From: Amoeboaphelidium occidentale
Lineage: Eukaryota
Direction: 5' to 3'
DNA length: 48,128 nt
Assembly (NCBI GenBank): GCA_023515795.1
Contig: JALGPX010000102.1
Coordinates: 1-48,128, forward strand
A model generated the notes under the pieces. The model made no database searches. It saw nothing but the letters and a program-made list of their open reading frames with translations, and was not told the origin of the DNA. The position numbers and the translations under genes are program-made. Below, one piece after another: positions 39,423-48,128 of the stretch. How positions within the stretch are numbered: the stretch's first letter is position 1; each line of letters begins with the position of its first letter.

Positions 39423-41041
39423 ATGTCCCACACAAAAGAAGAAGTTGCAAAACATGACAGCGAATCCAGTTGCTGGATTATTGTGCACGGCAACGTTTAC
39501 GATGTTACAAAGTTCTTGGCAGAGCATCCTGGTGGAAAGAAGGTTCTTTTGAAGGCTGCTGGAACTGATGCTTCAAAACAATTCGATGCATTCCATAACC
39601 AACAGATATTGCAACAGTATCATGACCAGTTCTTTATTGGTACTCTTGGCGAAGCACCTAAACAAACTGAGCTGGAAAAAGAGTTGGGCCATGAATCTAC
39701 AGATTTGTTTGGAGATTTGGTTCCATTCGGAGATCCTTACTGGTACAGTGGCTTAACTACACCTTACTACAAGGAAAGTCATTACAAACTTAGGGCTGCT
39801 GCAAGAGAATTCTGTGATAAAGAAGTCATGCCATATTGCCACGAGTGGGATGAAGCGAAACAGTTACCAAAAGGTTTGTATGTCAAGCTCGCAGAACACA
39901 ATTTGCTTGGTGCATTAATTGGTGCACCGTTCCCAAAAGAATATGCTCCAAATAATCCCATTCTTGGCGTTGTTTCGGTTGATGAGTATGATTACTTCCA
40001 TTGGTTCATTCTGTACGATGAAATATCTCGTTGCGGTTCCGGAGGTGTGTGTTGGGGATTGTCTGGTGGCTTAGCTATTGGTTTACCTCCTATTCTTCAC
40101 TTTGCTTCTGAAGCCATGAAGAAGAGAATTGTTACGGAGTGTTTGCGTGGTGAAAAGAACATTTGCTTGGCCATCACTGAACCTTATGCTGGATCTGATG
40201 TCGCAAACATCCGTTGTGAAGCTCGCGAGTCTCCTGATGGCACTCATTACATTGTCAATGGAGAAAAGAAGTGGATTACAAACGGTGTGTTTGCTGATTA
40301 TTTCACTGTCGCTTGTAGAACAGGAGGCTCTGGTATGGGTGGTATTTCATTCTTGTTGATCGAGAAAACGTTCCCAGGTGTCAAGACCAGGCAGATGAAG
40401 TGTTCTGGTGTTTGGTCATCTGGAACAACTTATATCACTTTTGAAGATGTTCAAGTTCCAAAGGAGAATCTAGTTGGACAGGAAAACAAGGGTTTCAAGT
40501 ATATCATGCACAATTTTAACCAAGAGCGTGTTGGTATTGCTATTCAAGCAACAAGATTTGCCAGAGTTTGCTATGAAGAAGCAATTAAATTTGCTCATAA
40601 ACGCAAGACTTTTGGAAAACGTTTAGTTGATCATCCTGTTATTCGCAACAAGTTGGCTCACATGGCAAGACAAATTGAAGCAACATATGCTTGGTTAGAA
40701 GTATTGATTAATCAAATGAACATTCTGTCTAAGCAGGAGGCAAACATTCGTTTAGGCGGTCCAATTGCATTATTGAAGGCTCAGTCAACACAAACATTTG
40801 AGTTTTGTGCAAGAGAAGCTGCACAGATTTTCGGCGGTTTGTCATACACAAGAGGAGGACAAGGTGAAAAGGTTGAGAGATTATACAGAGAAGTCAGAGC
40901 ATACGGTAAGACTTTTAAGTGATGATCAAAGTCTGACTATTAAATGTAGCTATACCTGGTGGCTCTGAGGAAATTATGTTGGACTTGGGAATAAGACAGT
41001 CTTTGAAGGTTGCTGAGATGAGTGGTTTAGCAAAGTTGTAA
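39423..41041 (+). CDS. Acyl-CoA dehydrogenase with N-terminal cytochrome b5 domain
   Basis: HPGGKK, CLAITEPYAGSDVA, NGEKKWITNG, RKTFGK, EAAQIFGG; intron 40906-40949 then AIPGGSEEIMLDLG. Confidence 0.95.
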
Positions 41042-41095
41042 TGAATTGACACAAATAATAAAAACGCTGTGAAAACTTTTTCTTCTTGTTTGAGC

Positions 41096-42973
41096 ATGAA
41101 GAGCAACGACAAGAGAATTCGACTGTTTGGAAAAGTTATCGTTCCATTCATAAACATTTTGAATGTTCTGCTGTTCGCTGCATCTATTGGATGGCTTCTG
41201 CTATTTCCGTTGGAAGATTTTCATTTATCAATTTGGCAACCCTCAGAGAACGCTTTGCTTGCGTACTCCAGAACTACCAACACATACGGACAGGACGAGT
41301 TGCGCTTCTTTGAGGAAACTTACTCAGCCATAAAAAACATTGTAGAGCATAGCAACGACAGCGGAATGAGCAATGCGACCATGTCGACTAAACAGGAAAT
41401 GCAAAAGTTCATTCTAGACGCACTAGAAGCAGAAGGCGTGGAAGTAAATGTGCAGGAATACGAATGCGCTGATGGTTTTGGCGATTGTTTTAATGTTTAC
41501 GGAATTATTCGCAGTCAAAGGGCGGACGGCAGCGAAAGCATTTTGGTTTCAGCTCCTCTTCAAAATCAAAAGGATCAGTTTAATTCTTTTGGAGTATCGC
41601 TGGCTGTTTCAATGGTCAAAATGTTTACAAAGGCTAATTTTTTTGCAAAAGACATAATTCTGGTCTTTAATGATGAGCATGCTTATGGTATGCATCAGTT
41701 TGTAGAATCATACTTGGGATTTGGTAAGAAAGATTTGGATAATCATGCAGGGGAAATCCAGGCTGGTTTAGTTCTAGATTTCTCTGGGACAAATGGTAAG
41801 TACAAGAAATTAGAGATCATTCCGGAAGGTTGGAACGGTCGGATGGCTAATTTAGATTTGGTGTATGTGTCTTATTTGATGGCACGGGATAAATTTGTTG
41901 ATATTGGTCTGCATGAGGGCCTCTTGTCTCAATTCGGTCATGATACATACACAAGTCGCTTGGTAAACATATTGAACACTATGATTAAGCAGACATTTGT
42001 CAATAACAGATATTCTCATGCGCCACTACTTTCATACAGAATTGATGCAATAACAATCCAGGGTGTTGAAGCGGAAGATAACGAATATGATATAACTACT
42101 GACACTCTTGCTAAAACGATAGAATCCATACTGAGATGTTTGAATAATCTATTGGAAAGGTTGCATCAGTCATACTTCTTTTACTTTGCTCTAAGCTTGG
42201 ATAAGTTCATTTCTATTGGTGTGTACTATCCTCCATTTATTCTTTTAATCGTTGGTTGCATTGGTAAAAGCTTGTGTCTGTTTTATGAATTATTAGAATT
42301 AGGAAAAGACATTGATGTTGGTGGAGATCACAGTGCTTTCATTAAAGACGTTCCGGCTTACTCTTCCCGAAAGAGGAGCTTTGATTTGGGCTTGATTTCT
42401 TTGATTATTTCAATGTGTTTCACATATGGAATTGCTGTGGGAATTGCACCCAACTACGAATTCACAGCAAAACAGATAATTCCATTCTTCTATGGTGGCT
42501 GTATCATTTTTGGAACATCATTCTCCAGCTTATTCTCGAATTACTTGGATCATTGGAATAAGGTGTCCCTGAGGGCTGTTTTCTTACTTTTGTCTGCAGC
42601 GACTTTCTTGAGTGTTTCGATAATCAATTTTTCATTGGCATACTTTGCTCTGTTGTTCTATTTTCTACTGTTCACAATAGTTCCTGATTTGCCTTCATGG
42701 TTTCCTAAGAAGCTTGTGTCTTTAATGATTTCTCCCCCTATAGTGTTGTTTTTGTGGTTCTTCTTTGAAACACTTTCTAGTGTTGGTTTGTCGTTATCTG
42801 TAGAGCTTTTGGATTTATCACTTATGCAGCTGGTAGCCACAGTCGCTTTCGAAACGCTGACTGTGAATTTACAAAATGTTGCTTTAGGTTTCGTTCAATT
42901 ACAATGGCTACTGTGGCCTTTTATATTTTCTCTTTATACACCTCTATGGATGATATCACATGCAGTGATATAA
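41096..42973 (+). CDS. GAA1: GPI transamidase subunit Gaa1
   Basis: SENALL, NVYGIIRSQRADGSESILV, AKDII, GRMANLDLV, LNNLLERLHQSYFFY; N-terminal TM and multiple C-terminal TMs. Confidence 0.93.
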   Translation: MKSNDKRIRLFGKVIVPFINILNVLLFAASIGWLLLFPLEDFHLSIWQPSENALLAYSRTTNTYGQDELRFFEETYSAIKNIVEHSNDSGMSNATMSTKQEMQKFILDALEAEGVEVNVQEYECADGFGDCFNVYGIIRSQRADGSESILVSAPLQNQKDQFNSFGVSLAVSMVKMFTKANFFAKDIILVFNDEHAYGMHQFVESYLGFGKKDLDNHAGEIQAGLVLDFSGTNGKYKKLEIIPEGWNGRMANLDLVYVSYLMARDKFVDIGLHEGLLSQFGHDTYTSRLVNILNTMIKQTFVNNRYSHAPLLSYRIDAITIQGVEAEDNEYDITTDTLAKTIESILRCLNNLLERLHQSYFFYFALSLDKFISIGVYYPPFILLIVGCIGKSLCLFYELLELGKDIDVGGDHSAFIKDVPAYSSRKRSFDLGLISLIISMCFTYGIAVGIAPNYEFTAKQIIPFFYGGCIIFGTSFSSLFSNYLDHWNKVSLRAVFLLLSAATFLSVSIINFSLAYFALLFYFLLFTIVPDLPSWFPKKLVSLMISPPIVLFLWFFFETLSSVGLSLSVELLDLSLMQLVATVAFETLTVNLQNVALGFVQLQWLLWPFIFSLYTPLWMISHAVI

Positions 42974-43075
42974 ATCGGTTAGCATTTCGGAATAAAGTGT
43001 CGTGAAGATTCTTATATCGCGTGTTGGATGTGTGATCAAAAGGAGTGCTGTATCATGGTTCTGCGAATTTTCTAA

Positions 43076-43611
43076 ATGACTAACTTTTGGTATAGCTCTG
43101 CTGGACTTCTTTTACTCTTCATTAACGTCGTCTTTTGTCTAACAGTGTTGGACCCACTAACACCAACTGGAAACACAGTTATTATCAGTAACGGAAACGG
43201 TAAGAAAGACGTTTCAACGACTAACACGTTTAGTGATGAGTACCACAGGAAGTATCAATAATCCTGTAGCAATATCAGCACCGCCGTCGGCTCCAGGCGA
43301 GAAGTAATATCGTTTATTTGGTACCAAAAAGTTACTGAAAAAGTATGATCATTTTCATTATATCATTATGACAATAATGATAAAATAGGATCATTTTCAG
43401 TTTGGTACCAAATAAACGATATTACTTCTCAGGCGCATCATCAGTATTAGTTAGCCCACAAAAGACCGTTGTTACACTTAACCCAAGAGGCCCTAATCAA
43501 TCCCAGACTTCACCGATGGCACCGAACACAGATTTCTCAGCAGTGCAGCTTATTCCATCTCTGGCTCTATTTTCTATCACGCCGCTGGTCTTTTTTGGTT
43601 GCGTGATGTAA
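43076..43611 (+). CDS. Small secreted/GPI-type S/T/P-rich protein interrupted by a transposon insertion
   Basis: Signal peptide; intron 43200-43233; removing 43300-43435 restores ...SAPPSAPGASSVLVSPQK... in frame; hydrophobic C-terminus. Confidence 0.8.
43300..43429. mobile_element. 130-bp MITE-like derivative with perfect 29-bp TIRs and 6-bp TSD
   Basis: CAGGCG (43294-43299) AGAAGTAATATCGTTTATTTGGTACCAAA ... TTTGGTACCAAATAAACGATATTACTTCT CAGGCG (43430-43435). Confidence 0.93.
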
Positions 43612-44247
43612 GATGATTTGCAAAGTCTAGGCTCCGCCAATCAGGATCCAATAAATGAAGCTTGCGTTTCACAGACTTTTCTATTCCCCTTTTTTTCAAA
43701 AATTTCACTTCAACTCGCCATGAAATCTTTAATCGTTTTAGCTTTCTTTGCTCTTATCCAAACNCCAAACTGAAAATGATCCTATTTTATCATTATTGTC
43801 ATAATGATATAATGAAAATGATCATACTTTTTCAGTAACTTTTTGGTACCAAATAAAACGGTTGTAAAATATGCCTCGAAAATGTTCAAATAGATCTTAA
43901 ACACGCCTTGATATTCCTCACTTGTGATTGTGCTCTGCAGTTCTCTATTTGGAATGTTTTGCGATGAGTCTTGGCTGTGTCTAACACGTGTCTAGAATGA
44001 GCTTGATAATCTCGTATCAATGATGATATAAAGCTCACAACAGATGCACTTGAATGCTTTCGTGTTTCACCCATGCAGGTGTTCAGGTTTGCTGTTTGTT
44101 CTTTGATGACTCTGATCTTTGACACTTGACATTTGGCACCTTTAACCTTTGAGCCTTTGATGTTTCACTTGGTCTTCATTGGAAACTCCAATCATTTCAA
44201 ACCATCTATATATATTGCGGGATATTTTCAAAATTAATTAATTAATT

Positions 44248-44406
44248 AAAGGTGAAGGGTAAAAGGTGAAACATACAAAGGTAAAACATCAAAGGTCAAA
44301 CATGCAAAGGTAAAATGGGTAAAGGTGAAAGCATCCAAAGGTTAGGCATACAAAGGTACAAAGGTACAAGGGTGCAAAGGTGCGAATGTGCAAAGATGCA
44401 AAGGTG
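44248..44406 (+). repeat. Array of short AAAGG(T) iterons inside the TIR
   Basis: Many (C)AAAGGT/AAAGAT units with 7-16 nt spacing; mirrored at 48044-48128; opposite-facing copies at about 44138-44165. Confidence 0.85.
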
Positions 44407-44454
44407 GAATATCAAAGATGAAATGAAGGTGAAAGGAACTTTTATTCAATGTCG

Positions 44455-45858
44455 TCACTGGAAAGTATCCAAATCAGCTTTGACTTTCTCATTCCAAATT
44501 TCCAAGTCAGTCTCATCAGTCTGAAGATAGCTAGAGTCAAAATCGATGATTTTGATCTTGTTGGCACCATCAACCATAATATTCCGACAGGCAATATCTC
44601 CGTGAGCGACGCCACAGGAGTGAATCTGGACGAACAGCGTTTTTATAAGCGCTCTTCGTTCTTCAAATATTTGCTGAGTGATCTCATCCCCACATGGCTC
44701 CAAGAACAAACCATAAAGAAATCCGGACGCGATAAAAGATCCATACAGTTTAGGGACAGTGGTGCCTTGCAGGGATTCCAGTTTCTTGTATGCTGCCAGT
44801 TCACAATGAAACTTTTCACTAGCATTCTCGTCTTTCGAAACATCGAAGAACTTCACATGTACGATCCGTGGACTTTTTGATGACCCAATATTCGCCCGCG
44901 AGACTAAATTTAGGGGACCAGCTTGGGTGAAGTAAATATCTGACAGCGAGACTTCTTGAACAGTGTACGGGTCACCTTTCTTGATCATTTTTCGCGACAT
45001 CGCGGGCGAAGTGTACGGCGAAGCATAGGTGTGCGATTCGACAGCCAAACTTATGATATACAGCCATGCGGTCATGAATGGCAGTTGACTTAGCCCAGTA
45101 CTAAGACAGTGCGAAACTTCCAGCTTACTTGCAGAGCCAACTTGATGTTCAACACGGCGAAAAAAATATGTATCATTCAGCGTTGTGAGAATCCCATACT
45201 TCAAATGATTAACAGTCATATATCCCCAAATTTGTGCGACAACACGTGAAACCTTGGTAGAATCCGCGGTAGATAGCTTCGTCATCGCATTATTTGGCCG
45301 TGCGATGCCAGATTGACGAGTCGGCATGCAGGATGGTTGAGGCTCTTGTCGAGCTCGTTCTTCGTTGAATGCGGCTACCAAATCACCGCCATTGACGGTT
45401 GGAAATGCATAGCATGTCTTGTACTCAATAGCACAATACGTAATTTCGTCTCGTGCATCGTCCTTGGGATAATAAATGATTCCAGCATCCGGTGCGAGTC
45501 CCAGGAGTCCAGAGACCGAGCCGATGGTGAACTGTTTGTTAAAGACAACCCCACATAAGTCTTCAATGGGAGTGACCACGTATTTCATCATCAAAGCATA
45601 CATTTCAACCTCGGAGCGTATGTAGGGCATCATTGTCACTTGTGGCAAGGGTACTTTCATTGGATGAGCGGCGAGTTGATTGCGAATCGCATTAGCATAA
45701 TCAAGAGCATTCTGGGCAAAGGATTCCCATTTAGTCAGCTCGATATCGTCTGTGCGAGGATTTGACGGATATGAGGTCTTGTGAGACGTGTGCTTCTTGG
45801 CCGCAACAAGTGTGGGTGGATTGTACGCCAAATAATCGTCGATCGTTGGTTGCTGCAT
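44455..45858 (-). CDS. Crinkler-type PD-(D/E)xK nuclease + protein kinase fusion (intact, intronless)
   Basis: LAPDAG...CAIEYKT and QIWGYMTVNHLKYGILTT (REase module); VKFFD...ELAAY, HGDIACRN, IIDFD (kinase). Confidence 0.88.
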   Translation of the reverse strand: MQQPTIDDYLAYNPPTLVAAKKHTSHKTSYPSNPRTDDIELTKWESFAQNALDYANAIRNQLAAHPMKVPLPQVTMMPYIRSEVEMYALMMKYVVTPIEDLCGVVFNKQFTIGSVSGLLGLAPDAGIIYYPKDDARDEITYCAIEYKTCYAFPTVNGGDLVAAFNEERARQEPQPSCMPTRQSGIARPNNAMTKLSTADSTKVSRVVAQIWGYMTVNHLKYGILTTLNDTYFFRRVEHQVGSASKLEVSHCLSTGLSQLPFMTAWLYIISLAVESHTYASPYTSPAMSRKMIKKGDPYTVQEVSLSDIYFTQAGPLNLVSRANIGSSKSPRIVHVKFFDVSKDENASEKFHCELAAYKKLESLQGTTVPKLYGSFIASGFLYGLFLEPCGDEITQQIFEERRALIKTLFVQIHSCGVAHGDIACRNIMVDGANKIKIIDFDSSYLQTDETDLEIWNEKVKADLDTFQ

Positions 45859-45912
45859 TCATCAAAAAATCTTGAAAAATCCCTCACGTGATTGTTATTC
45901 ACCATACCAGAC

Positions 45913-46335
45913 ATGGACAGATTTATTCAAACGTTCTGTTATGGAATACTGCTTTGGCTTCTCCCTACCATTTGGGTCAAGGTATTCAGTGCGAGGCCTA
46001 CTCAAGCTGCTCAGCAAACTCGTGCAGATGTTGTCAAATTTATCCTTGGCGGTCAGGCGGTTCTAATTGCTCCTCATGGCGTAAGGGCTTTATTAGGAAC
46101 TGAAGTACCGCTCGAGCAATTGCTCGTCATGATTATGGGTTCCGTCTGGTCGATTATTGTCAATCCTCTTGAAAATCTATCAAATAAAGCCTATCGTAAT
46201 ACAGATGTCCTATTCAGGAACATTAAGTTATTTCAAAACACTGGTCAAATGAGGTTTAGTGCAGGAAAGGGAAATTGTCGGTTTGATGAACTACGCGGCA
46301 GATTGTTGGATACCCCTGTTGACATTAAAAGTTAA
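45913..46335 (+). CDS. Possible hypothetical ORF inside the element
   Basis: About 140 codons from MDRFIQ; frame continues about 55 codons past one TAA; no recognisable domain. Confidence 0.25.
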   Translation: MDRFIQTFCYGILLWLLPTIWVKVFSARPTQAAQQTRADVVKFILGGQAVLIAPHGVRALLGTEVPLEQLLVMIMGSVWSIIVNPLENLSNKAYRNTDVLFRNIKLFQNTGQMRFSAGKGNCRFDELRGRLLDTPVDIKS

Positions 46336-46682
46336 CCATATCCAAGAACGGCGAAGTTTGGCCGTGGGAGTGGCGAGGTTGAACATCGATGGACCCAGGC
46401 CTTCATTGAAATTTACGAAATGCGTTTTCACATGGAGCGCTACGTATCGATCGCATTACTATCGATCACAATCCACCTGCACAGCCGCCATTTGAAGTAT
46501 TAATGTGGAATAATCATAAGGGCTATTATCAAATTTGCGTGATGAATCTCGCCAGTTTTGTAGAATTCCTACTTTGTTATTCTCAAATTATCCTAAACCA
46601 TATAAATGAGAATAATTATCTTATTTGCAACCTTAAAATGGTGCCAATAAATCCATTACTTTCTTAATCTTTTACTTTGTCT

Positions 46683-47695
46683 TCAATCAGGTTCAATACC
46701 TTCGCGTTCTTGAATGCGCTTATCAGCTCTATAGATATCAAGTTGCTTCTGTCTCAATGAGTTATCGATATCTTGACTTAATGGGGAAACCTTCAACACC
46801 TCAAACAAATTGAACTTTTGATGCTTGCCTTCTACCCGAACACTATTCAATCCCACTTCCTCGACAATGTAAACTTTCAGTGTGAATCGCTGACCCTCTT
46901 TCTCGAATGCTCCTCGTTTATTCAGTAATCTTAAAAAGTCACCACGTTTGATTACAGAATTGGTGATGTGATTGTGTGCAATGCTTTTCCTTATCAATTC
47001 TGCTTCATCGTACATTTCTAGCTGCTCGGGTATCTTTGAGATGCTACTATGAAACAATGAGTTGTAGTTTTGAACAAAGTCTTGCAACTTGTCAATCCAT
47101 CTATTTGTATTCTTACTTGTCAGGTACTTTTCAATCATGAGTTTTATAGTGCGATTGAACCTCTCGGCTACTCCTAAACACTTCTTATCATCTTTGTCAC
47201 AATACCGGGATGCTATATGGTGTTGATTCATCTAATTTGCGATGCGATTGTTTTGAAACTCTTTACCATTGTCTGTCTGTAGAACTTTTATTGACCGCCC
47301 ATCATTGGTTGATTTCTGGTGTATTTTGTCCAACGCGTTCAATAGAGTTTCCTGCGTTTATCTTTCAGGGCTGAGACATATACATATTTTGTATTCACAT
47401 TAATCACTACTAGTAAGATGTGATAGTTGGAGTTTTGTCTCTGATATCGTGTCAGAAAAGTCAAATCAGCCTGATAATGACCTAACTTACAATGAATTTT
47501 AGGTGTGAGCTTGGTATTCTTTGGCTTCTGAAACACTTGATTTATTGGATTCTGGGCGAGGAATTCCTTCACCTGTTTCATAGTAATCTTTGAGTTGATG
47601 ACTTTGGCACGTCTCAACAATTTTTCGGCACCCACAGAGCCAGTCTTGGGATCATTAAAGAGTTGATTTAGAACTTGATTAACACTTGGCGTCAT
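46683..47695 (-). pseudogene. Polinton/Maverick-type retroviral-like (rve) integrase with one frameshift and one in-frame TAG
   Basis: NDPKTGSVGAEKL, YQADL (D1), frameshift near 47357, LQTDNGKEF (D2), TAG at 47232-47234, AERFNRTIK (E), WIDKL...NYNSLFHSSISKIP. Confidence 0.9.
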
Positions 47696-48128
47696 GGTAT
47701 ATTTCAAAAAAGATAATCTTTCCTGATATTAATTATTTAATTTATTATCTTTTGTTGATAATTCAGTTTCATCAGCCCCTTTCCCGCCCCTCACTTATAC
47801 TTGTTAGCTTATATGCTATTGTCACAAGAATAGGTGAGCTCCTGTGATAATAGGGAAGAATTCTTCAATTTTTTCTTGAGACACAGGTGTTTCACATCAA
47901 AGACAAGATCGAACTCATCAATGAGATAGTCCAAGGAAGGAAGCCTCTTTGTTTCATTGAAAGAAATCCGACTGGCTTTGACCATGAGACATGTATATAT
48001 AGGGAACTATTAAAGTTCTGAAATTGAATAATTAATAGCTTTGCACCTTTGTATCTTTGCACATTCGCACCTTTGCACCCTTGTACCTTTGTACCTTTGT
48101 ATGCCTAACCTTTGGATGCTTTCACCTT

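Larger units (their letters stand above)
43765..48128. mobile_element. Non-autonomous Polinton/Maverick-like long-TIR element (about 5 kb predicted) with rve integrase and REase-kinase cargo; extends past the window end
   Basis: 44322-44406 is the reverse complement of 48044-48128 (1 mismatch in 85); the left part continues from the AG terminus seen at 38684; integrase inside. Confidence 0.8.

Noticed and set aside
44248..44406. AAAGG-rich array as a CRISPR-like or telomeric repeat
   Set aside because: Units are 5-7 nt with irregular short spacing and no repeat-spacer architecture; it is part of a TIR
45859..46500. Minus-strand frame upstream of and in frame with the REase-kinase that reads plausibly if TAA/TAG encode Gln (alternative genetic code in the element)
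   Set aside because: It has 5 TAA, 5 TAG and 3 TGA in about 210 codons, about what random sequence of this composition gives, and host genes use TAA/TAG as stops
46626..46635. TGCAACCTTA resembling the Fanzor right end
   Set aside because: Only a 9-nt match, with no upstream hairpin and no terminal TTAG
47808..47985. Short minus-strand ORF MVKASRISFNETKRLPSLDYLIDEFDL upstream of the integrase, as a remnant of a Polinton gene
   Set aside because: About 54 codons with no motif I can recognise; needs a profile search

Overview
Eukaryotic, gene-dense DNA in the standard genetic code with very short GT-AG introns (about 32-59 nt). The gene content (YSC84, enolase, NCA2, RPL30, RPL18, HIS6, GCN20, MSP1, GAA1, delta-5 desaturase) points to an early-diverging fungus or relative, possibly an aphelid- or chytrid-like parasite (inference). 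Eight single-N joins (6707, 9069, 12274, 13719, 16974, 17229, 38861, 43764) separate overlapping or allelic contig ends, so some duplications and the order of 38.9-43.8 kb are assembly effects. Two mobile systems stand out. (1) At 11.6-17.9 kb, Fanzor2 (IS607 TnpB-type) copies share a right end/omegaRNA ending in GCGGCAACCTTAG. Twice a copy of a Crinkler-type kinase gene with a shared left boundary lies across a gap from Fanzor sequence, suggesting a composite kinase+Fanzor element inserted at two sites. The omegaRNA region also carries a spliceosomal-intron-like signature ending exactly at the element end. (2) At 43.3-48.1 kb there is an approx. 5 kb mini-Polinton/Maverick-like element (AGAAGT terminus, 6-bp TSD, long TIRs, decayed rve integrase) with an intact REase+kinase gene of the same kinase family. 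A 130-bp deletion allele of it sits inside a host gene and could be spliced out in frame. Other oddities are an in-frame UGA in HIS6, a signal-peptide-bearing DYRK-like kinase, two paralogous secreted glycine-zipper proteins, and a long hairpin in the RPL18 intron.
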